Shown in pieces: positions 56,809-64,000 of a stretch of 64,000 bases of DNA. A program made the translations under genes and the position numbers. The stretch is from Candidatus Micrarchaeia archaeon (GTDB taxonomy: Archaea > Micrarchaeota > Micrarchaeia > CAILAH01), in contig JAVZCB010000001.1 of assembly GCA_038874595.1 (NCBI GenBank), forward strand, positions 161,052-225,051, written 5' to 3'. Positions within the stretch are counted from its first letter, which is position 1, and the number at the start of each line of letters is the position of its first letter. Below the pieces are notes generated by a model. It was given only the letters and a program-made list of their open reading frames with translations, searched no databases and was not told the DNA's origin.

Positions 56809-57549
56809 ATGCGGCTAATATTGGACTTGGAATCAATTGTAGATGCCGCTTATGATAACAAGTATTATCATAAGGTACAAGGATTAATCTATAACTCTGT
56901 TCGTGATACTAAATTTTCGCATCTGCACGATAGTGGTGTTTACAAATACTTTTGTTTTTCAAACATATTTCCGATAGGTGATTTCAAGAAAGGTGATAAA
57001 AGAAAGTTAATTATATCATCTCCAAACTCTTTATTCATAGAAACCCTAAAAGAAAAACTCTCACAAAAAGAGGAAATACACATAGGTGATTTGGCATTTA
57101 AGATCACCAACATGAAAACACTAGAATTAAAGTTTCCAAGAAGATTTACACTTATTAGTGCTACCCCGATCATATTGAGAATTAAACCTGAGAATGCACA
57201 AAAGTTTGGTATAACACGTAAAGCCAAAGAGATTTACTGGCGACCCGGGGATCCGATAGACCTTTTCATTAAGCAGCTCGAAGAGAACATAATAAAGAAA
57301 TACAATTATTATAATAGGGTAAAGCTTAATGAGGAGTTCACTCTATTTGAGATGCTGGAATTTAAGAAAAAGGTGGTTGCTCATTTCATCGTTAATGGCA
57401 GAGAGAAGCGGGCTTTTGGTAGCATATGGGAATTTAAATTTAACGATCTAATTTACAATGAGCAAAAAAAGAACGTGCTGAAGTTTGCAGTGGACTGCGG
57501 CTTCGGTGAGAGAAACACTTTCGGGTTTGGTTTCATGAACGTGATGTGA
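56809..57549 (+). CDS. cas6: CRISPR-associated endoribonuclease Cas6
   Basis: YHKVQGLIY; HD..YKYFCFS; SATPI; C-terminal GFGERNTFGFG. Confidence 0.95.
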   Translation: MRLILDLESIVDAAYDNKYYHKVQGLIYNSVRDTKFSHLHDSGVYKYFCFSNIFPIGDFKKGDKRKLIISSPNSLFIETLKEKLSQKEEIHIGDLAFKITNMKTLELKFPRRFTLISATPIILRIKPENAQKFGITRKAKEIYWRPGDPIDLFIKQLEENIIKKYNYYNRVKLNEEFTLFEMLEFKKKVVAHFIVNGREKRAFGSIWEFKFNDLIYNEQKKNVLKFAVDCGFGERNTFGFGFMNVM

Positions 57550-57550
57550 T

Positions 57551-59440
57551 ATGTTAAAGGAGATGTGTGATTTCATTGACTGTTTTGCTGAGCATGTTTT
57601 GGGAGATCAATTTGAATCAAGATGGCCAGAAAACCCAGAATTAAGAAATAAGGTGTACATAGATTCGATATTGAGTCTTACTTCAACTGAAACAAACATC
57701 TTTTTCATTGTTTATGATCCAAAGTCCCATAGATTTGGTGTTTATGAGAAAGATGAAGTAAAGGATCTTGTCAATGAAAAGGTATTTGAACTGATTGGAC
57801 CATTGATAATGAATCCACAAGTTAGTACATATTTTTATAATGAACCAAATAAGTGGTTAGGTAGCACATCAGGTATAGGTTCTTTCTTTCCATTTATTTT
57901 TAAAATGCCTTCTCCAAGTAGTAAAAAAAGTTTAGAAGAAACAGCTGACACAAAAATCAAAGAGACCATAAAAAGCTTAAAAGAATATAATGCAACGGAA
58001 TTCTCGAACCTTTTCAATGATGAAACGTTTAAAAATAATCTTAAAAATGAAATTCCAAATCAATTAGAAAAAAGAAAAAGTGAACTTGAGGAAGTACTAA
58101 AAAAAGTTGATAAAAAATCAAGTGAATATAAAACTCTTGAAAAGAAATTGAAAGCTATTCCCTACATCTTAATATTGTTTGAGAATCGCGATCCGTATGA
58201 AAACTATTTAGAATCAGAAAAGTTGCTGGAAATATCTATAACTTCAGGCTCAAAATCAGTAGGGCGTTGTCAAATATGTGGTAATGAAGGAAATGTTGGT
58301 TATCCGGTTATTGGAAGTAGTTATGATTCTAAAAAGGAATTTTTAACAAGCCCAACAAAAGGAAAGGGAAGAATAAGCGTGTGCGCCACATGTGGTTTTA
58401 AGATAAACGCTTTTGATAAACTACTTCAAAAATTCAAGTTGATGCCTGTATTTATTGATAAAAGTGTTACAGAAATGGAAGCGCGTAATATTAGAATTTA
58501 CATCAAAGATAGTGACTGGTATTCAAAATTCATGACAAATGTTTACGAAACATTACATGAAAATGAATACAAAATGGCACATTATATAATGATCGCTGTT
58601 GCCAAAGATTTAATTTGGGTTGATTATGTTTCATCCTTGAGATGGACAATAAAATGGAAAAGCCTTAATTTGTTGAAAAATAATTTGGAACTTGAGATCA
58701 AAGAAGAAACTAAAAATAGAAAAGAAATAGAAAGTGTCTTTTATTCCTCAATGAAAAAAGGTATGGAAAAAACCAAAAGTTTACCTTTCTCTCTATATTT
58801 TGATAACCAAAAAGAAAAAGAAGGACGAAAATATGAGGATTACCTTTTTTATAAGTACAGAGATTACCTTTATAGGTTTACTTATAAAAATGAGTATCCC
58901 TTCTCAAAGGAAGAACTAATTGAATTTGTTAATTATGCTATAGCACAAAAGTATTATGATGTTCTAAGAGAAAAATGGCCTGTACTTACTTTTGGAAGAT
59001 CAATAATTGCACCATTGGAAATATTTTTTAATATTCCTAACCTTATTGATGGTGAGAAAATGAAAGGATTAGAAGAATTAAGAAAAAAATTAGATGACTT
59101 GCTAGAAAAAGATTCTGTTGAATTGGACGATGCAGAATGGGCATATTGTGCAGGAGCCTTTTATAGATATTTAATTAGCAAATCTAAAGCAAAAGAATCT
59201 CCTTTATACTTAGAACCTCTAATAAATGCAGGTACAATTAAAGAAGTTGTTGATATACTTACTCGAACATTTGAAAAATATCAGCACGAAATACTTCAAA
59301 CATATCTTATAAAATGGGGTAATATAAGTGCTTCTGCTTTTATACCGATAAATAAAGATAAGAGTTTTGAAGAGTTAAAGCCCTTCTTTTATGCTGGTTT
59401 TGTTGATTTGTATGCTATTAATAAGTTTTATGGTAATTAA
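57551..59440 (+). CDS. cas8b: Type I-B large subunit Cas8b (Csh1-like)
   Basis: Position between cas6 and cas7; CQICG...CATC Zn ribbon; C-terminal helical domain (WAYCAG..YLISKSK; FFYAGF). Confidence 0.8.
   Translation: MLKEMCDFIDCFAEHVLGDQFESRWPENPELRNKVYIDSILSLTSTETNIFFIVYDPKSHRFGVYEKDEVKDLVNEKVFELIGPLIMNPQVSTYFYNEPNKWLGSTSGIGSFFPFIFKMPSPSSKKSLEETADTKIKETIKSLKEYNATEFSNLFNDETFKNNLKNEIPNQLEKRKSELEEVLKKVDKKSSEYKTLEKKLKAIPYILILFENRDPYENYLESEKLLEISITSGSKSVGRCQICGNEGNVGYPVIGSSYDSKKEFLTSPTKGKGRISVCATCGFKINAFDKLLQKFKLMPVFIDKSVTEMEARNIRIYIKDSDWYSKFMTNVYETLHENEYKMAHYIMIAVAKDLIWVDYVSSLRWTIKWKSLNLLKNNLELEIKEETKNRKEIESVFYSSMKKGMEKTKSLPFSLYFDNQKEKEGRKYEDYLFYKYRDYLYRFTYKNEYPFSKEELIEFVNYAIAQKYYDVLREKWPVLTFGRSIIAPLEIFFNIPNLIDGEKMKGLEELRKKLDDLLEKDSVELDDAEWAYCAGAFYRYLISKSKAKESPLYLEPLINAGTIKEVVDILTRTFEKYQHEILQTYLIKWGNISASAFIPINKDKSFEELKPFFYAGFVDLYAINKFYGN
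59060..59440 (+). CDS. cas11: Putative internally translated Cas11 small subunit (in frame within cas8b)
   Basis: GGTGAG RBS at 59051 followed by in-frame ATG 59060 (MKGLEELRKK..., 126 aa). Confidence 0.6.
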   Translation: MKGLEELRKKLDDLLEKDSVELDDAEWAYCAGAFYRYLISKSKAKESPLYLEPLINAGTIKEVVDILTRTFEKYQHEILQTYLIKWGNISASAFIPINKDKSFEELKPFFYAGFVDLYAINKFYGN

Positions 59441-59450
59441 GGTGATTTGA

Positions 59451-60452
59451 ATGGAGAATAAAAGCAAAGAAAATGAAAATAAAGAATACAATAAGTTTGC
59501 TGCAGGTGTAGTTGTTCTTCGAGCCCAAGACGCCAATTGGAACGCTGATTTTTCAGGTTGGCCCAGAAAGTTACCAGATGGCAGGTTTTATTCTACGGAT
59601 AAAGCTCTAAAATATGCAATCCGGAAATACTTAAAAGAAATAAAAAACGAAACAGTTATTTTTTGGAGAGTATATAATGAGAAGGGTGAAGTTGGGAATC
59701 TACCGGCAATTCTTAAAAAGAACGAAATTAATATAGAAGACAATAAAGAAGTTCCAAAAGAAGTTCTAGAAAAGGGAATTGATGTTAGATTATTTGGTGG
59801 AACTTTTACCTTAAAAAAACAGCTATTTTCTATTACTGGTTGTGCGCAGATAACATACGGTATTGATTTATGGAATAAAGGAAAACCGTATGTCAGTCAA
59901 ATTCAATCTCCGAAATATGAAGGAAAAGAAGAATACGGTCCCCAAAGCACTCTTGGTTCAGAGGTTAGATTAACAGAGGCGCATTATTCTTTTGACTTCA
60001 CAATCAATCCTAACAATCTGAAAATGGATAACTACATAAAATCTGTAATAGACCAACAAAACATAAAGAATTGCCTTCTCTCAGAAAAAGATGTAAATTT
60101 GTTTAGAGAAGCTTTGCTAAATGCACCTAATTATACAACAAGCACTACAAAGAATAGCGTCTTTACAGAACTACTTATCTTTGCGGAGGTAGATCAACCT
60201 AAAGAAAATAATAAAGAAAATAATAAAGAAAATGGTATATCTGTTCCATTAGTACCTATTTTAAAGAACACTATAAAGATCGAAGAAAGCGATGGTGTAA
60301 AAAGAAAAATCAATATCTCTGAAACCATAAAGACATTAAAAGATTTAGGGTTTTCTCAAATAAAAGTGTACTATCATCCTGAGTTATGTGATATTGAATG
60401 TGGTAATATTAAGGTTGATAAAGTTGAACTTAAAGTTCAACAAACAAAATAA
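59451..60452 (+). CDS. cas7: Type I-B Cas7 (Csh2-like)
   Basis: ANWNADFSGWPR; TDKALKYAIR; IDVRLFGGTF; ITGCAQI; QSTLG. Confidence 0.92.
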   Translation: MENKSKENENKEYNKFAAGVVVLRAQDANWNADFSGWPRKLPDGRFYSTDKALKYAIRKYLKEIKNETVIFWRVYNEKGEVGNLPAILKKNEINIEDNKEVPKEVLEKGIDVRLFGGTFTLKKQLFSITGCAQITYGIDLWNKGKPYVSQIQSPKYEGKEEYGPQSTLGSEVRLTEAHYSFDFTINPNNLKMDNYIKSVIDQQNIKNCLLSEKDVNLFREALLNAPNYTTSTTKNSVFTELLIFAEVDQPKENNKENNKENGISVPLVPILKNTIKIEESDGVKRKINISETIKTLKDLGFSQIKVYYHPELCDIECGNIKVDKVELKVQQTK

Positions 60453-60463
60453 AGGTCTTGAAA

Positions 60464-61225
60464 ATGACAAACAACGAATTGTTTTCTTTTTGTATTTCTT
60501 CTGATTTTTCTTCGTTTAGAAAATTTGATAGTAGTGGTGATTTTTATTTAACTTACTACTTTATTCCCAGACCAACAGTTTTGGGAATACTTGCTTCTAT
60601 TATAGGATTGGAAAAATCAAGTGCTAATAGTTTGCCATGGTGGGAAGAACTGAAGGATACAAAAATTGGAATCACACCGTTATTAAACAAAGATTTTATA
60701 AAACACTTAGTTGTTTACAATAACAGTACAGGTGCTGCATCTTTTGATGATAAAAAAAGAGGTCAAACATTAATTATAAGAGAACAACTACTTATAAAAC
60801 CTCAATACAGGATTTATGTCGAACTTAATAGTAAGACAGATAAAATATTTAATTTATTAAAAAATCACAGAAGCGTGTTCACACCATATCTTGGAAAAAA
60901 TGAATTTAGAGCAGAAATATCTAATATACAAAAGAATACATACGTACCATTTAGTGGAACTTGTGAGATAAGTTCAATATATCCGTTGTGCTCTGAAATC
61001 TCTAAAAAATCTTACCAAACAACATGGATAGATCAAAATGAAACTATCCAGATTTTAGAAAGTCATCCATATATGTATGGTAATGATTATAAGTATGTCC
61101 AAGAAAACTTTGTTTTCTCTATAAATAAAAAAGTAAATACTGAGAGTATCAAAACACAGATAGATGGAATTTTTGTGCAACTTGATAACAAAAAGGTGGT
61201 TTATCTTTACGGCGGTAGAAAATGA
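60464..61225 (+). CDS. cas5: Type I-B Cas5
   Basis: FSSFRK; TYYFIPRPTVLGILASIIG; EQLL; PYLGKNEF. Confidence 0.92.
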   Translation: MTNNELFSFCISSDFSSFRKFDSSGDFYLTYYFIPRPTVLGILASIIGLEKSSANSLPWWEELKDTKIGITPLLNKDFIKHLVVYNNSTGAASFDDKKRGQTLIIREQLLIKPQYRIYVELNSKTDKIFNLLKNHRSVFTPYLGKNEFRAEISNIQKNTYVPFSGTCEISSIYPLCSEISKKSYQTTWIDQNETIQILESHPYMYGNDYKYVQENFVFSINKKVNTESIKTQIDGIFVQLDNKKVVYLYGGRK

Positions 61226-63630
61226 AATTTTTATGGAATGATTACGAAGAAGCAATAGGAGATAAAAGGTTATTATATGCCCATTGTGATGAATCCTTGG
61301 ATGCGCACGGACAAAATTCATTATATCATCTTAAGATGATAGAAGAATATTTAGGAGATATTTTGATGCTTTCTAGCGTATGTTCCAAAGAAGATGCCCT
61401 TGGTATACTAGAAGAATTAACCTATTTTCACGACTTAGGCAAAGCAAATCTTAATTTTCAGAAAAAACTTATACTTAATTGTAAAGGTAAAAAAACCAGT
61501 TTGCCACCTCACTCAGAAAACGGCTTTTTAAAAATTTCAGAATATGTTTTTTCTAAATGTAAAACTGATCCATCAAATGAAACTTTATTGCTTGCATTTT
61601 TATTATCTACTATAGTTGATAGACATCATTCAAAACTAAAAAACTTAGATTATTATGTAGATTATCCCAATTTAGGTATTTATTATTCAAACGCAATAAA
61701 ATATTCTGAGCGGTGGGGATATAGATTATATTTTATGTATAGACTTTTTTATTCGTGCCTAAAAACCGCAGACATCTTTGCATCATCCTTTGGAAACAAT
61801 AAAGAAAATATTGAAAGAAATATCATAACAAAAGATAAGGTAATAAAATATAAAGACAGGTTTGAGAAATATCTAAAATCTCTTAAAAGTGAAAATCCGT
61901 TAATATCCAGATGTAGAGAAAATTTTAGAAAAAAAGCAATGGATAAAACAAACATGCTCTTAAAGGAGATACCACAAAAAAGAATATTTTATTTGTATCT
62001 TCCCACGGGTGGGGGAAAAACTTTAACTTCTTTATCAGTAGCACTTGAAATAGTGGAGAAAAAAAATCTTAAAAGAATATTTTACGTTTTTCCGTATATT
62101 AACATTATAGAGCAAAACTCTCTGGTTCTTAAAAATATTTTTGAAGATGATCTTCAAGCAATTCATACATATTCAGATCCTACAGAAATAAAAACTAGAG
62201 ACGAAAAAGAAGAAGAGCTTGATTATAAAAGTCATTTAAATACAGAAACTTTTAATTTTCCTGCAGTTGTAATCAGTTCAGTGAGATTTTTTGATATTCT
62301 TCTTTCAAATAAAAAAAACTCTGTATTAAAAACGTGGGCATTAGCAAACTCTGTTGTTATAATAGATGAGGTACAATATTTTCCAAAAAAATATTGGGAA
62401 GCATTTATAACCTTACTTGGTGAGTTTGGTGAACTTTTTAACACATATTTCATCTTAATGTCTGCTACCCTACCGAGATTGGATATATTTCTTGAAAAGG
62501 ATAAGAAAAACTTCGTTGGGAGTATAATACAAAAAAAAGATATCTTAGAAAATTTAAGTTTATTTGAAAATAGAACCCACATAGAAACTCTTGAAACAAA
62601 AAATGACAATATAGAAGATACAATATTTAGAAAAGCTATAGATCTACTTCACCATAATAAGAAAGTGCTGATTGTGTTTAATACAATTGGTGCAAGTAGA
62701 AGAACTTACCAGAAATTATGCAATCAACTTAAAAATGTAGAAGTTTATTTGTTAAATAGTACCATTCTTTATCCAAGAAGATTAGAGATACTTGAAGCTT
62801 TAAGTAGAGATGATGAGTATAAAAAAATACTTGTTTCTACACAATCTATTGAAGCTGGGGTAGATCTAGATTTTGATGTTGGAATAAGAGAAAGAGCCCC
62901 TCCAGAATCTATAATACAAATAATGGGACGTATTAATAGAGAAATAAAAAATAAAAACTCATCACTTTACGTCACATCAAATAGTGAAACTATGAGTAAA
63001 ATTTACAATGATTTTCATCGTCTTAATGTTGATATCCCTATTAATAATCTTAATAACTCTCATGAAATAGATAAGTATTTTGACAAGACAGTAGAAAAAC
63101 TAAGAATTATTGGGACAGAAAGCCCAAAAATACTCCATAACATAAAAAAATTAAAATTTGAAGAATTAGGATTTAATGAAATAATTGAAAAAGCTACTAC
63201 GTTAGATGTATTTTTTGAAGGTAAAATCAAAGTTAAAAACAAATATATTGTAGGGAAAAATGAAATTAAGTTAGGTGAAAAATTAAGACAAATATTAGAA
63301 GAACATGGGTTTAAAGAAACTTATACACTTATTCCAGAAAAAGAATGTATAATTCTCGATAGTCATAAATTTATCAGTCATTATGATTCTTACTTAAAAA
63401 AAATAAACAACTTATCTTACAAAGAAAGAATTTCCCATTTAATTCACATAAAAAATCTAGAATTTATACAAAGATTGTTTTGTTTTTCTTTGCGATGGTT
63501 TGGTGTGAAAGATTTAGGAATATTTAAATCTGATGAATATGAAAGAAAATGGATAAATGAAAAATATTATTCATATGAAAATGGTTTTATACCTGAAGAA
63601 ACCTTAAGTGAAGATTATATATGGGCATAA
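61222..63630 (+). CDS. cas3: Cas3 HD nuclease-helicase
   Basis: HDLGKAN, HH, TAD; LPTGGGKT; DEVQ; MSAT; STQSIEAGVD; QIMGRINR. Confidence 0.96.
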   Translation: MKFLWNDYEEAIGDKRLLYAHCDESLDAHGQNSLYHLKMIEEYLGDILMLSSVCSKEDALGILEELTYFHDLGKANLNFQKKLILNCKGKKTSLPPHSENGFLKISEYVFSKCKTDPSNETLLLAFLLSTIVDRHHSKLKNLDYYVDYPNLGIYYSNAIKYSERWGYRLYFMYRLFYSCLKTADIFASSFGNNKENIERNIITKDKVIKYKDRFEKYLKSLKSENPLISRCRENFRKKAMDKTNMLLKEIPQKRIFYLYLPTGGGKTLTSLSVALEIVEKKNLKRIFYVFPYINIIEQNSLVLKNIFEDDLQAIHTYSDPTEIKTRDEKEEELDYKSHLNTETFNFPAVVISSVRFFDILLSNKKNSVLKTWALANSVVIIDEVQYFPKKYWEAFITLLGEFGELFNTYFILMSATLPRLDIFLEKDKKNFVGSIIQKKDILENLSLFENRTHIETLETKNDNIEDTIFRKAIDLLHHNKKVLIVFNTIGASRRTYQKLCNQLKNVEVYLLNSTILYPRRLEILEALSRDDEYKKILVSTQSIEAGVDLDFDVGIRERAPPESIIQIMGRINREIKNKNSSLYVTSNSETMSKIYNDFHRLNVDIPINNLNNSHEIDKYFDKTVEKLRIIGTESPKILHNIKKLKFEELGFNEIIEKATTLDVFFEGKIKVKNKYIVGKNEIKLGEKLRQILEEHGFKETYTLIPEKECIILDSHKFISHYDSYLKKINNLSYKERISHLIHIKNLEFIQRLFCFSLRWFGVKDLGIFKSDEYERKWINEKYYSYENGFIPEETLSEDYIWA

Positions 63631-64000
63631 AACTTAATCATTTGATAACCGGAATTCAACTTAGCTATTTTTTTATCTGTCAAACTAAACTATGGTACTT
63701 TTCACATCATCTTTCAATGGAGCATACTTCAGATTTAGTCAAGATAGGCAAACTTATAAACGAACGAGCATATGGAAGAGAAAGAAAAGATGAAATTATA
63801 CAAAATAAAATTGCAATTGATTTTATTAGAAAAGGAGACGTCATAGAAATTCATGAAATAAAAAAATCACCTAGAATAGAGAAAGCTCATGAGATGCAGG
63901 CTCTCTATTATTTATATTTCCTAAAAGAGAGCGGTGTTGTGAACACCAAGGCAATTATTGATTATCCATTATTAAGGGAGAGGAAAGAATTATTTTTAAC
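63621..64000 (+). CDS. cas4: Cas4 exonuclease (truncated by window end); missed by ORF track
   Basis: MGIKLNHLITGIQLSYFFICQTKLWYF...IAIDFI...IHEIKKS...HEMQALYYLY. Confidence 0.93.
   Translation, partial: MGIKLNHLITGIQLSYFFICQTKLWYFSHHLSMEHTSDLVKIGKLINERAYGRERKDEIIQNKIAIDFIRKGDVIEIHEIKKSPRIEKAHEMQALYYLYFLKESGVVNTKAIIDYPLLRERKELFL

Noticed and set aside
60200-60233. AAAGAAAATAAT tandem repeat in cas7 (KENNKENNKEN)
   Set aside because: In-frame slippage in a probable loop; no evidence of function.

Overview
Archaeal chromosome segment, most likely from a DPANN lineage (Micrarchaeota-like; inferred from archaeal TFB, RpoP, L37ae, Trm1, class I CCA enzyme, LonB, GGTGA ribosome-binding sites, the secF-secD order, a divergent form III-type RuBisCO and many orphan ORFs). 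The core content is: rpl37ae-rpoP-Brix, lemA, RuBisCO, a P-type ATPase, trxA/PDO, mutS-mutL-dus, a Hef-like helicase, lonB/tfb/trm1/cca, secF-secD, the rpl3...rpl29-sui1-rnp1 ribosomal cluster, nfo, pduO, uppP and glmS. The window ends in an AT-rich type I-B cas operon (cas6-cas8b-cas7-cas5-cas3-cas4, truncated; no array in the window). I added features the ORF track missed: rpoP, three small ORFs, cas4, an internal Cas11 start, and a tRNA-Ile(GAU) split by two introns. The most notable observations are (1) the tRNA T-loop intron of 186 nt built from tandemly repeated hairpins, (2) a polymorphic-toxin-like gene with a pre-toxin-TG-like linker and degenerate GGDEF-like domain(s) followed by a small partner gene, and (3) a membrane-anchored wHTH metal sensor next to an HMA-TM-HMA protein with an operator-like inverted repeat. 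All assignments come from reading motifs by eye; no searches were run.
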